NCBI RefSeq assembly: GCF_006345805.1
Contig: NC_043003.1
Location: 43,152,001 to 43,216,000, forward strand
Length of the DNA: 64,000 nt
From: Octopus sinensis
Lineage: Eukaryota
Direction: 5' to 3'
In this document: positions 1 to 12,463 of the stretch, piece by piece
Layout: each line of letters begins with the position of its first letter
Numbering within the stretch: position 1 is the stretch's first letter
Notes under the pieces: generated by a model
Database searches by the model: none
Told to the model about the DNA's origin: nothing
What the model saw: the letters and a program-made list of their open reading frames with translations, nothing else
Translations under genes and position numbers: made by a program

Positions 1-731
1 CCACGAAAGAGATAACAACACCTTCTTCAGCCTGGGTTGCCGGTGTTTCTCCTTTCCCTACCCACTGTTTTCGGCGCTTGACATTTGTATACAGAACCCA
101 GTTATCGTCACCAGTCAATATTCGGTCTCAAAATGTTACATTCGTGAGACGTGACAGCAAACAAGAGCACACATTCACGCCTTGCATGCGATTAGACTGA
201 GAAAGTTTGACCCAATTTGCTGACGTTTCCAAAGACATGGAGGTGTCAATGAATGGTTGAATGGCCAAATACAAGCTTTTTTGCTAATTTCTCAACAGTT
301 ACGATGGAATTTGTTCGACTAGGGTTTGCAGGATGTCCTCACTGAGCTCTACAGATCTTTCAGGACGAGGCTCATTTAGGCTGGAGTTTCCGGATCGGAA
401 TTTCTGGAAACACCGTTGACACTGGCTTACGCTTACTGTCCGATCTCCATATACTACATTGCTCGCACTTTCCGTTGCGTTGTTGCTTTTATTGAAATCA
501 TAAAGCAAAATAAGCCGAATATGTCCCTTAGTCAGTTCCCATACAGCTTTGAAAAAAATTACTGTTAAAATCAAACTGCACTCTTCAAAACTTGCACTAA
601 GAGTAAGCACAAAATAAAGTTACTACCTGCTTCTATAGCAAGTTGATGCAAGTAGTTTATCCTGTCTCACTCCGACGTTTAGGTCATGCTACTGAAAAAA
701 ACCCGCGTTATTTATGGAATGACTCAATATA
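1..731 (-). mobile_element. Decayed mariner transposon, 5' part (left TIR plus N-terminal transposase), running off the window start
   Basis: The minus strand encodes a mariner-type HTH (IRLILLYDFNKSNNATESASNVVYGDRTVSVSQCQRCFQKFRSG..SLNEPRP) and, near 30-120, the first catalytic-Asp region ILTGDDNWVLYTNVKRRKQWVGKGETP. Stops and frameshifts lie between them. A TIR-like end TATTGAGTCATTCCATAAATAA finishes at about 729, followed by TA (730-731). Confidence 0.9.
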
Positions 732-889
732 AAGTATATATGTATATGTACATATATATATGGTCGATAGGAATACATTCTTACATATACTTTATATATT
801 TTCACATATCCTTATCGGTATACACACACACACACACACACACACATACGCACACGCACATACACACATACACACACACATATATGACT

Positions 890-1404
890 GACTGATCTGG
901 ATTACTGGTACCACTTTAAAGCCTTGAAACTCGACTCTCTCCAGCTCCGCCGCGAGCGGTACATCATTTGCACAATGTGGAGAATATACATCCAGCATTG
1001 CCCAAACTATATGAACATTAGCTTTATGGTTCATCCAAGGCTGGGACCACGGGCCATACTTCCCCTGCCCAATTCAGAATCACATCATATGGGTACTCTG
1101 CGACACAATATATCTTTCTCAACAGGCCCTACCCCATTTAAAATTGTCTCAAAACTCATCAAAGAGGAAAAGGATCCGATCCCCTTTAAATAGAAGCTGG
1201 ACAAATTTCTTCAAGGGATACCAAATAAGCTACCTATACCTGGATACAACTCATTCAACGGGAACGTCATACTTGAATAGACCATGACACCACAAAACTT
1301 GACTTAAAAAGGATTTACATAATCGTACCAGGTGGTGCTATTACGTTAGACATGGCTTGGACCAATCCCTGGTCGAAACATATCTAAGTTTATCTAAGTA
1401 AGTT
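890..1404 (+). mobile_element. CR1/L2-group LINE, 3' fragment
   Basis: Translates as LKLDSLQLRRERYIICTMWRIY and aligns by eye with 61830-62328. Both copies share a 3' stem-loop GACCA-N5-TGGTC and a TCTAAGTT-repeat tail. Confidence 0.88.
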
Positions 1405-1430
1405 TTATATATAAATATATACATATATAT

Positions 1431-1763
1431 ATAGATAAATGAAAGAATGGAGTCGAACGGCGATTTAACAAAATTCCTTTATTCTCGACATATGTTTCGA
1501 AGACTGCATATTCCTAATTCCGAAGGAATAAAGGGTGCATTATGCCGTCTTCTCATCAGAAAAGACAAGGAACTTATGTCAGCATCATGACGAACAAAAA
1601 CTTTTAGATGACTGCCCACACGGAGTCCATAGTGATAATGAGAAGACGGCATAATGCACCCTTTATTCCTTCGGAATTAGGAATATGCAGTCTTCGAAAC
1701 ATATGACGAGAATAAAGGAATGTTGTTAAATCACCGTTCGACTCCATTCTTTCATTTATCTAT
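1431..1763. mobile_element. Inverted pair of Penelope-like pseudo-LTR segments (126-bp arms, 81-bp spacer)
   Basis: 1431-1556 is the reverse complement of 1638-1763 with 3 mismatches. The arms contain a hammerhead core, and a short TA-rich run lies immediately upstream. Confidence 0.75.
1481..1564 (-). ncRNA. Minimal type I hammerhead ribozyme motif
   Basis: The minus strand reads CTTTT-CTGATGA-GAAGAC-(42 nt)-GTCTTC-GAAAC-ATAT-GTC-GAGAAT. The core is intact, helix II has 6 bp, helix III is palindromic (ACATATGT), the cleavage triplet is GUC, and helix I has 4 bp including two G-U pairs. Activity is untested. Confidence 0.75.
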
Positions 1764-1912
1764 AGTAAAAAAACACACAAATTTCTACACGAAAGCACGT
1801 GATTTCTGCCCTTGGCATGTAGCTTCAACCGTGCTTTCTGACGTAAATTTGCTACCCAGGTATCGGTTAACCGAATTATCCATACTAGGATAATTCATTC
1901 AACTACTTAAAC

Positions 1913-1916
<4 letters not shown>

Positions 1917-1966
<50 letters not shown>

Positions 1967-2035
1967 ACATATATGCATATATATACATGTATATGCATAT
2001 ATATAAACACACATATATGCATATATGTATACATA

Positions 2036-2128
<93 letters not shown>
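1917..2128. repeat. Compound (TA)n/(TG)n microsatellite
   Basis: Visible directly in the sequence. Confidence 0.95.
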
Positions 2129-2130
<2 letters not shown>

Positions 2131-2138
2131 CGAACAAG

Positions 2139-2365
2139 ATGTTTTGAATGACACAACAATGCACTATTATACAAACAATGGACTATAATAACTGTTGTAA
2201 TTTAATCATCCATAGTCTGATATATTTCCGAATAAAAATCCTTCTTCAGATATCTCTAGGAATTGTTACTCCGAAATATCATATCAGACTATGGATGATT
2301 AAATTACAACAGTTATTATAGTCCATTAGTTATACTATAGTGCATTGTTGTGTCATTCAAAACAT
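2139..2365. mobile_element. Second inverted repeat (85-bp arms, 57-bp spacer), probably PLE pLTR-derived
   Basis: 2139-2223 is the reverse complement of 2281-2365 apart from one variable 9-nt patch. The minus strand of the spacer carries CTGAAGA-A-GGAT-TTTT-ATTC-G-GAAATATATC, an imperfect HHR core. Confidence 0.6.
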
Positions 2366-2444
2366 TTTATTCTTTACAAACAATACGCAATGCTTCGAGC
2401 GAACTAAAATACTCTCATATATATAAATATATATATATATATAT

Positions 2445-2566
2445 AAAATACAAACTGGGACAAGAACGCAAAACATTTTGATGACGACACAAAAAACACG
2501 GACGGGACATTCGAAGCCTTCAATCTTCAGTCAAGAACCGGATCATCCTCGCAATTTCGGCTGATT
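2445..2566 (-). repeat. Short dispersed-repeat fragment homologous to the end of the 29.7-32.8 kb array unit, sitting between (TA)n tracts
   Basis: Its reverse complement (AATCAGCCGAAATTG..GATGATCCGGTTCTTGACTGAAGA..TTCGAATGTCC) matches 30273-30392. Confidence 0.75.
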
Positions 2567-2593
2567 TTATATATATATATATATATAAATTTA

Positions 2594-4170
2594 CACACAC
2601 ACACACACATATATATTTATATATATATATATACACACAAACACATACATGCATATATGGGTACAGAAGAAGGCACCATTTCCAAGTAAGTATATCTTAA
2701 TGTTTTCGATGCAACTCTATACTAGTTTCTCACTCTATCCTTTTCTCTCTGATCCATTCTCTATTTCCTATTTCCTACCCTTCACCGTTTTCTATCTATC
2801 TCTCGCCTTCATTCTCCATCGTTGCTCACACGTGATCATCTTCAATCTTTCACTCCCTCACGTATTCATCTTTCTTTTATTTCAGGGCTGTCCTAAGGAT
2901 TGAACGTACCCTATATCTCTCTCTTCTATCCTTTCTCTTGTCAAAGAAAATATTTCTCCAGTGTTCGCAATTTTATCCTTGTTCTAATGATCCTCCGTAT
3001 TTGTTTTCGTTCGGTTTCCTTGTATATCTCCCCTGTCCTGTTTTTGTTCCCAACTTTGACTTTCCATAAATCCCAAATTATATGTTGGTATTTATGCGAG
3101 CAACAGTCTTCGAAGACTCATATTGTTGTCCAGTGCTCGAAATGAGGAGTAGATAACGACTGGTGAAGGGTCGTTCTTGATTTTACTTATCCTGTTTCCC
3201 ATTTGCTTCTCTCGTTGTTTGGGTATTGAAGTCTTTTATTTTCGTATTTCATGTTGTGTGTAAGAGAGAGAGAGAATCAGAGAGAGATAGAGAGAATGGA
3301 AATACATATTCTCAGGCATCATACTTCTGAGATGCTGGACACAAACGCACTCACAAGCACAAAAATATGCTGAATACACACACACACACCACACACACAT
3401 ATATATTTATATATATATATACACACAAACACATACATGCATATATGGGTACAGAAGAAGGCACCATTTCCAAGTAAGTATATCTTAATGTTTTCGATGC
3501 AACTCTATACTAGTTTCTCACTCTATCCTTTTCTCTCTGATCCATTCTCTATTTCCTATTTCCTACCCTTCACCGTTTTCTATCTATCTCTCGCCTTCAT
3601 TCTCCATCGTTGCTCACACGTGATCATCTTCAATCTTTCACTCCCTCACGTATTCATCTTTCTTTTATTTCAGGGCTGTCCTAAGGATTGAACGTACCCT
3701 ATATCTCTCTCTTCTATCCTTTCTCTTGTCAAAGAAAATATTTCTCCAGTGTTCGCAATTTTATCCTTGTTCTAATGATCCTCCGTATTTGTTTTCGTTC
3801 GGTTTCCTTGTATATCTCCCCTGTCCTGTTTTTGTTCCCAACTTTGACTTTCCATAAATCCCAAATTATATGTTGGTATTTATGCGAGCAACAGTCTTCG
3901 AAGACTCATATTGTTGTCCAGTGCTCGAAATGAGGAGTAGATAACGACTGGTGAAGGGTCGTTCTTGATTTTACTTATCCTGTTTCCCATTTGCTTCTCT
4001 CGTTGTTTGGGTATTGAAGTCTTTTATTTTCGTATTTCATGTTGTGTGTAAGAGAGAGAGAGAATCAGAGAGAGATAGAGAGAATGGAAATACATATTCT
4101 CAGGCATCATACTTCTGAGATGCTGGACACAAACGCACTCACAAGCACAAAAATATGCTGAATACACACA
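2594..4170. repeat. Near-identical tandem duplication of a 788-bp unit
   Basis: Identical ORF pairs are offset by 788 (2649/3437 and 2900/3688). The junctions lie in (CA)n. Confidence 0.95.
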
Positions 4171-4557
4171 CACACACACACACACAGACACACACACACA
4201 AAAGAAACATAAAAACATACACACACATACATATACGCATATCTCGAGCAGTTTGACTTAAATATGTGTGCGTTTCTCTCATGTAAATCCTAAATACAAA
4301 TTACACAAATCAAGCGATATCACCAGGTGATCGATTTTCATGTAATATAACTTATTCTTTGTGTGTTTAACCTCCCAACCTTCTACCTTCATCATATTGC
4401 ACTAGATACCACTCTCTGTAAATGGTTTATGAGATGCCTTCGCATTCACGTCTTCCCTTCCACTTAAACCTCTGTCACTTCATTACTAGATATCAAGCAT
4501 TCTGCCACTGCATGAAGAATGTACCGAAACTGGGAATAATAGTACTGTTAACAGAAT

Positions 4558-4830
<273 letters not shown>

Positions 4831-4988
4831 TTAACGACAACAATAACATGACAAATGATATATAAATGCGCAAAAATAAAATCAAACAATTAAAGCGCTG
4901 TTCATTTTACAAAATATATCTGTGCACTCAACAATATCAGGACTATACACATTACTTTACATTGTATTATATAAACAGAGTAACAAGT

Positions 4989-5021
<33 letters not shown>

Positions 5022-5151
5022 CATATACATATGTATATAAATATACTAAAAATACACACACACATTTACAAGTACACATATCCTCTGAAATAAACCCCTA
5101 CTCCCACTCATGTATATTTACATAAAATATATCCTCCTCTCTCTCAATCTC

Positions 5152-5219
<68 letters not shown>

Positions 5220-6659
5220 TGTATGTATGTATGTATGTATGTATGTATGTATTCTTAACGATACTTCAGTTCTACTCGTATTCTACGTAACCCTTCAGGT
5301 TGTTCAAATTCTAAGACAGCAGATTTGATAGTGAATAATTTCTGAAGCAATTGAAACCTGTAGATTTCCAGCTAACCCACCCCTGCATTTCCTTCTTCAG
5401 ATTCTATTCTACTTTTCTATCAACATTCTTTTTTTATCTGTTTTCTCCTTCTCAATTGCATTTTTTTTGCCTTAATTTTTTTTCCATTAACCAAATATAT
5501 TTTTCTCCTATCTGAACTTTACTTTCTCTTTTTTATTTTCCTCCTATTATATCACTCTCAAAGATTCTCTGTCTACCTCTCTCTCTCTCTCTCTCACTCT
5601 CTCCCTCTCCCTGTCTATCTCTCTCGTACCCCCTTTCAAGTATATCATACGCATACTGTCTTAAGTTTTTTTGTCAGTTCCTGACGTGGATCGATTCTTC
5701 TTATATCTGCAAGTTAATGCTAGCTTCCATTCCAATCTTTTTCGTATGTCTTCTGTTTACATTCCTCTTCATTCTTTTATCATCATCATCATCATTATCG
5801 TCGTCGTCATCGTCATTGTTATTATCACTATTATTATTGATTTCCATCTCAAAATACTCCAAAATATAATATCCCTTTATCGTCGTAATTTCGTCGTCGT
5901 CGATTTGTGCTGAACCTTCCGGTCGTTCCACCACCCACGATGCTCTCCTCCTTGCTTCACCCCTCTCACTATTATTAGAATTACCAGGGCGAAAGCCGAA
6001 GGTAATATTTACAGGAGATAACATATGGCTACAATAGTTCAATCTCCATTTTACTTATATTACTAACCTGTTATGACCTCAAGAAAAGGGATAGATAGTA
6101 ATTTATTTCCTTTTCTGTACATTTCTACTGTACTGCAAAAAAGGCAAGCCAAGGAGAAAGAAACATATGTAGACAATCAGATAGCACAAAAATATGCCAC
6201 CCACGAAAATATATAAATAAACAAGGTGCACACAAAAGACAATTTCGTACACAAAACTCGATAGAAGCTGGGAATAATGAATGCGATTTTGAATGTATAA
6301 CCAGATTTTGTAATTGACTGGATATTTAATCCACACTCAAATCATATATCTATCAAACGCTCTAGTTCTTATCCTTGTAAAAGAGGTGTATACACGACCG
6401 TTACAAACATAAACACAAAGACAAAGTTTAAGAGTAGTTCGTTAACAATCAGAATTGAATTTAACACTGCTTTCAGAAAGATGGTTTCTCCGTTCTTTTA
6501 TGCTCGAGATACAGTGAATATGATATATAAATTAAGCAAGAAACCTTTCTACATACTATCGCATTGGCTGGATTAAATACGAAAACCAGTTATCTTAACT
6601 CAGAATTACTCCAGGGTGAAAAAAAAACGATGTTGTTGGAGGAAGCAGAAGAGTTCCTT

Positions 6660-6853
6660 ACTAATAATCCTTTCTGCTATAGGCCTGACGTTTTGGAGGT
6701 AAGAGTTGGTCTATTACACTGACACCATATCTCAACTGCCACATATTTCATCAACTCTGAAAAGATGGAAAGCAAAGTTAAACTCAATGGAATTTGAGCT
6801 CATAACGGAAAGACGGATTAAATGCCGCTAACGATTCTGCCAACTTGCTGCCT
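6660..6853 (-). mobile_element. tRNA-derived SINE, family A (old copy)
   Basis: The reverse complement begins GGCAGCAAGTTGGCAGAATCGTTAG and continues GAGCTCAAATTCC, matching the family A copy at 15163. Confidence 0.7.
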
Positions 6854-7569
6854 TAGTTCCTCAATAATAGCGACAAAAACAAACTAACGAAATTGTTTTA
6901 TAATTTGGCACTAATATTAGGCTTCTACATTAATCCTTTATAACACTGGCCCAGAGCCTGAAACTTTTATAAGGAGGGGTTAATCAGTTACACCGACCAC
7001 ACTACTCAATTGCAACATATGTTATCAACTCTGAAATGAAGAAATTCAGGGAGTAAAGAGGGGGAACAAATGTCGCTCAACATTTCTCTGGAATGCTAAT
7101 GTTTCTTCGAACTTGTCCGAAGATGATGATTCTGCACATCAGGACAAAACCTATACGAAACGTTTACAAAAATTATGTACCTTAGAAATACTCTTCGATC
7201 GTATGTTGTCAATAACATAATCAAAAACAAATCTTAAATCGCTGTATTCTGTAATTACAATGTTTATGTATGCGAAATTGAATATAAAGATTGTAAAGTA
7301 TAATGCCAAAGAGTCCAGCATCTTCATCAAAAAAAAAAAAATACCAGTTGAACACTCGGTTGGACGTGTTTGACTTAATGTCTCCTCCGAAATTTTGGCC
7401 TTATATAACCAATATAAACCAGGAAACACATATAAAGGCAGCAGCATCAAACTCCCTCAGTCACCAAACGCCACAATTCAGAAGAGGTTTCAAATAGTGG
7501 TATAGCACAGCCAACGCTGTTGCCCCAGCATAGCAGTAGCTATAAAGCTGAAACAATTTAAAAAATTAT

Positions 7570-7610
<41 letters not shown>

Positions 7611-7979
7611 ATGTGTGTGTCTGGGATATTCAATTAGAGTACACGTAGCCAGTTATTCTCCAGGTTTGACCACAATTAATTGCTTTTAGCCAAAAACTCA
7701 GGCAACTAGAAATCAGAGTGAAAACATGTGACCGTTGCACGATACTTGTGTTTTATGTATTGGATTTTGTATAATGAAAGCCAGAGTTGAACTCGTTTAT
7801 ATTTGAAATCAGCTGGAAGGAATGCATCAAACCTATTTATCTGGCACTCTAACAACTGAACCATTTGACCATCTACAAACACACCCACGCATATACAGAC
7901 ATATATGTTTTTTTATATCTACATACATGCACACATACATACGTGCATACATATATACATACATACATACATACATACA

Positions 7980-8013
<34 letters not shown>

Positions 8014-9349
8014 GATGCATACTTACTTAGATGCATACATGCATATAAACACACACACGTACGCACTCACAATCACACTCACACACACATATATACACGC
8101 AAGGTAACTAATTGTTTGTAACAATTGGAAGTAAATATTTCTTACACTCTAATTATCCCTACTTAGAGCTACGCACATTTTCTCTGGAATTTAATTCTAT
8201 ACAAGAACTATGCATATAACCTACTAAAATTCTACACATTTGTGGCAATACTCGAATACAAAATATCTTATTACAATTAGTACATTTGTTTCAGTGAATT
8301 GTGATACAAATTATGACATTGGTTTCTCTTCTTTTTCTCCCCCCTGCTGCTCCTCTCTTTTAATATACGTATATACGTAGTTGCATATATATATATATAC
8401 ATATATATATATACTTACATAATATGTATACACACACGTATACGCGCGCACACATATAAATTATACACATATACTTACGTACATATACATACATGCATAC
8501 ATATATATGTATATATATATTTATATATATATACATATATATATATATGTATGTATGTATATGTATGTATATATACATATATACATATATACATACACAC
8601 ACATATATGTAATTTATGTGTGTGTATGTATCTACGTAACATATGTGCACAACATGTTATTCAAAGCAAGCATTGGCGTTATCATAGTTAAAAGACTACG
8701 TCAAGTAAACAGTTTCTGCTATATTATGCATTATTATTTGCGCAAATAATAGCGTTATTATGGCAGAAACCATTTTTCTCCAAACATAGAGCAATTATGT
8801 TAAATGTTGAATATGCTATGCAGATTACTATTATATACCTGAACCATGAAAAAGGCTATTGCTTAATCAAATTCCATTTTATGGAGATCTTTGTATTTCT
8901 TATATATCCTGCATGTTCATGTTCTCATACCCAGCTCATACCGCCACTCCTCTTTTATTTTCTATCGACAAAAAAAATTTTGGTTGTGACAAATCCTCCT
9001 TTATTTGCGTGACACTAGATACTTTTTGCTATTTAGTTTCTCATTTGACGTGCAGTGAACATTCTGTTGTTTGCAAACTTTTCTATACGCTTCATGTCTG
9101 CATAACTGGCAATGTTCAGATTAAATTTTTGCTCACCTGGTTGTACCTCCAAGAAAATTGTTGAGCAAGGGACCTATTGTTAGGGAATAAATAATCGGAA
9201 GAGTTGGTTTTTACACTAGAAATATACGTTTTGAATGGTAATTAAAAACATTACATGACAAAGAATGTACTCCCGTAAATGTATTTGATGAAAAAATACA
9301 AGAGAGATGACCTTGGAAATTATAGAACAATTCTGATTCAATTGACAAC

Positions 9350-9560
9350 ATCGCTGGTGCTATGTTTAACACGCGGGACAAAATGCTTAGCAGTATTTCA
9401 TCTGTCTTTGCCTTCTTAGTTCATACTCCACCGAAGTCGACTTTGCCTTTCGTCCTTTCATGATGTGGTCGACAAAATAAGTACCAGTTGAACACTCGGT
9501 TGGACGTGTTCGACTTAATCTCTCCTCCGAAATTGCTGCCCTTACCTAACCAATGCAGAT
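9350..9560 (+). mobile_element. SINE family A (diverged)
   Basis: Contains ATGCTTAGCAGTATTTC..CCGAAGTCGACTTTGCCTTTC..AAGTACCAGTTG, as in the 15163 copy. Confidence 0.7.
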
Positions 9561-9717
9561 ACAATTATTTTACAAGAAGATACTTTTCGAATTATGCAAA
9601 CGGCTTGCTTCATATTTGTTTTTTTTTTTAAATTTTGCTTCAATCTAATACTTGGAAAAGAAATATTATCACACTGAGTTAAATACGATATTTTATTAAA
9701 GTGAACATTATCAATAA

Positions 9718-9880
9718 GGGTGCAGGAGTGACTGTGTGGTAAGAAGCTTGCTTACCAGCCACATGGTTCCGGGTTCATTCCTACTGTGTGGCACCTTGGG
9801 AAAGTGTCTTCTACTATAGCCTCCGGCCGACTAAAGGCTTCTGAGTGGATTTGGTAGACAGAAATTGAAAGAAGCCTGTC

Positions 9881-9925
<45 letters not shown>

Positions 9926-9950
9926 TGTGTGTGTGTGTGTGTGTGTGTAG
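9718..9950 (+). mobile_element. tRNA-derived SINE, family B (CORE-like central domain), 3'-truncated
   Basis: GCAGGAGTGACTGTGTGGTAAG..GGTTCCGGGTTCA..CACCTTGGGAAAGTGTCTT matches the reverse complements of 21263-21658 and 26214-26615. Confidence 0.85.
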
Positions 9951-11111
9951 GTATTATCATCGGTAATAGAAGTCATTATATAATGTAAACGTTTCGTTTT
10001 CCCCTTACGGTTTTACGCGTTACGTGCAGAAGCGTCGGTGGAGTGAGGAGGTTGTTCTGCTTATGATTTTCAAACCCACTTAGAGAGAGATATTATTGAT
10101 TTCTGGTTGAAGGACGAAGGAAATACATTTCCAAGCATGGCTGACATGAGAATACATCATAGTTCAGGGACAAGATCATTATGTGTTTTGTTTGTCGGAA
10201 ACGGAAAAGCGGAAGGGTGAGGCAGATGAACCGGATTGATGACGGATGACTCTTGTACCAGCTGGTTACATGACATTGAAAATATCCGTTGTTAAAAAGA
10301 ATAGATTTCTCTTAAGGATTTCTCACTTGGATGTAATATATAATCTGATTGCTTAGCTGAAAGAATGATTCTATGTAATACAGAAGATAAATATAATATA
10401 TTCACTATTTTCAGATATATTGGCATATAGAAAGCTAGAACATTTGTTCTCATTTTTGTATCTCTCTTGGCACCTGTTTATATGATTGAATACGGCAATT
10501 TAGAAAGCGCTGTGTTGTTTCATGAATCGAGTCAGAGTTATAAGTTTCTAGTTTTCGATAAAATGACATGAATTTGTTTTTCAGAAAAATGTAAGTAACA
10601 CATGTGAAAGATTTCTGAAAACTGTTCATGACAAAAAGTAAGACGAAATTATAAGAACAAAAACAAGTTATATTTGAACATTCTTAATCAGAGTTCATTA
10701 TGTAAAAGTAATCTGTTTTCCATCAGTCTAAAGTACCAATATTGAGTTGTGTAATCAATTTTTGGTCCTCAAATTCACTGTTCAGTAAAATATATGAATC
10801 AATTTGACATTTTATAGGGAACGCTAAAACTGCATTCTGATGTGTATAAAGTCCATAAATACATATCAAATCTTTCCTCCTGTAATTCGTATTCTGACTC
10901 CACATCCAGTTTTCTCTCTGTCAGTAAATGCATATATGGAAATATAAGCAAATGCCCAGTATAAAACTTTTATCCATAAATTTTATGATGAATATATTGC
11001 TAATGAAACAAGGTCAGTACAGTAAAATATAGATAAATAAAACAGATCGAATACTTTGCTGTATATAGCTACGTCTCTTGAATTTCGATTTCATGCAGTC
11101 GTGTTCGTAGC

Positions 11112-11142
<31 letters not shown>

Positions 11143-11429
11143 GTTATGTAAATGCAAGCAGGAGAAACAGAACTCAAAATAGGTGTGTATGTATGTTTTT
11201 TTATGAATATTTAGCAGAAGGAACAGAATGACTTAAGGTCCGAGACTTTAGGGATTGGGGACTTAACAGACTAGTTGGATAAATGCCAAAACATTTGGTT
11301 AAAATTGGAATGACGATTGGCAAGTAAAGATCAAGTAAATTACAAAAATAATATAATGTACATAACAGGTAATATATATACACACACACACACACATATA
11401 TATATGTGTATATATATATATATATACAC

Positions 11430-12463
11430 ATATTAAATGTTCTACTATATCATATTGTAACTCGAAAGATTTCTCCTTACAAAGCCCCAAAATGAAAAAC
11501 ATATTAAACAAATATAGCATAAAAAACAGTAGACGACAGGATAAAAACCTAAAGAAACACCTAACAAGAGCGAAATTCTCTTCAGAAACTAAAACGGAAT
11601 TCTTTGCAAAAGAATGCGGAGATGGTAGATGTGGGATCTGCAGCAACCCCACCTACAAATACATAGAGGGAAACAGAGAGATGAGATTTAAAAGTGGTTA
11701 CATATTCAAAGTAAATGCAGATGTGAACTGCAAGACGCAGAACGTTATATACTGCTTAACCTGCCCCTCGTGCAAGGAGAATTACGTAGGTGAAACTGAT
11801 AATTCTTTGTGCCAGCGAGCCAGGATTCACCGACAACATATTCGGCAGGAAGAACTACGCAAAATACCACTAAGTACACACCTAGCTATGTGTGGAGAAG
11901 GAAAATTTAAGATATTTCCCTTCTACAAATGTCCGAAGAACGACACCTCTTTCAGGAGGAATATGGAAAAATATTTCATAGCTATGTTCTCCCCCAAATT
12001 AAATGGCTGAAATTTTACTCATCATACATTGAAGGACAAATCCATGCTAATATGCTAATAACAGACTTTTAAATCGTCAATTTCCGCGTATTATATACCC
12101 GCAATAGGGACTGGTAACCACTTTAAGATGTGGTGGGGAGCAGTTCACACGTGTGTTGAGGCTAGCTAAAGGATTTTATATTTAGATATATTTGGAGTAC
12201 TTATGTGTACTCATGACTTTTGCTTCAGCTTTTTTCCATGGGCGCATGTAAATATTTCATTTATTTCTTATCGTATTTTCTACTGAAGAGGAAAAAGTTT
12301 ATGAGATTAATTCCTAAATTGATTCAATATAAAAATAACGAACATATAAAAATTAATTTTGTTAACTAGCTTCCTCGATTTCAGCACAACTTATTTCTGT
12401 AGTGGGTATTTAATATGTGGAAATTGACGATTTAAAAGTCTGTTATCAGCATATTGGCATGGA
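11430..12463 (+). mobile_element. 5'-truncated Penelope-like element (Neptune type) with 3' region and inverted terminal segment
   Basis: Contains a GIY-YIG ORF with a Cys-rich linker. A degenerate HHR core CTGAAGA-GGAA..TTCC-TAAA lies at 12283-12318. 12041-12085 is repeated in inverted orientation at 12419-12463 (45 bp, 2 mismatches). Confidence 0.85.
11492..12010 (+). CDS. PLE GIY-YIG endonuclease domain (uninterrupted C-terminal part of a truncated RT-EN ORF)
   Basis: RQDKNLKKHLTRAKF, then the Cys linker C-x4-C-x2-C..C, then NVIYCLTC..YVGET..R..H, MEKYFI and the terminal PKLN. The frame stays open upstream of the Met to about 11430, so the ATG is probably internal. Confidence 0.85.
   Translation: MKNILNKYSIKNSRRQDKNLKKHLTRAKFSSETKTEFFAKECGDGRCGICSNPTYKYIEGNREMRFKSGYIFKVNADVNCKTQNVIYCLTCPSCKENYVGETDNSLCQRARIHRQHIRQEELRKIPLSTHLAMCGEGKFKIFPFYKCPKNDTSFRRNMEKYFIAMFSPKLNG

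Noticed and set aside
5912-6042. Minus-strand peptide VNITFGFRPGNSNNSERG, faintly like a PHR-domain C-terminus
   Set aside because: The similarity is too short, there are no convincing splice sites, and the rest of the ORF is low complexity.
10137-10923. Three-exon gene model joining 10137-10216, 10585-10590 and 10818-10923
   Set aside because: The phases produce an immediate stop (ATG GAA CGC TAA). It is kept only as a low-interest finding.
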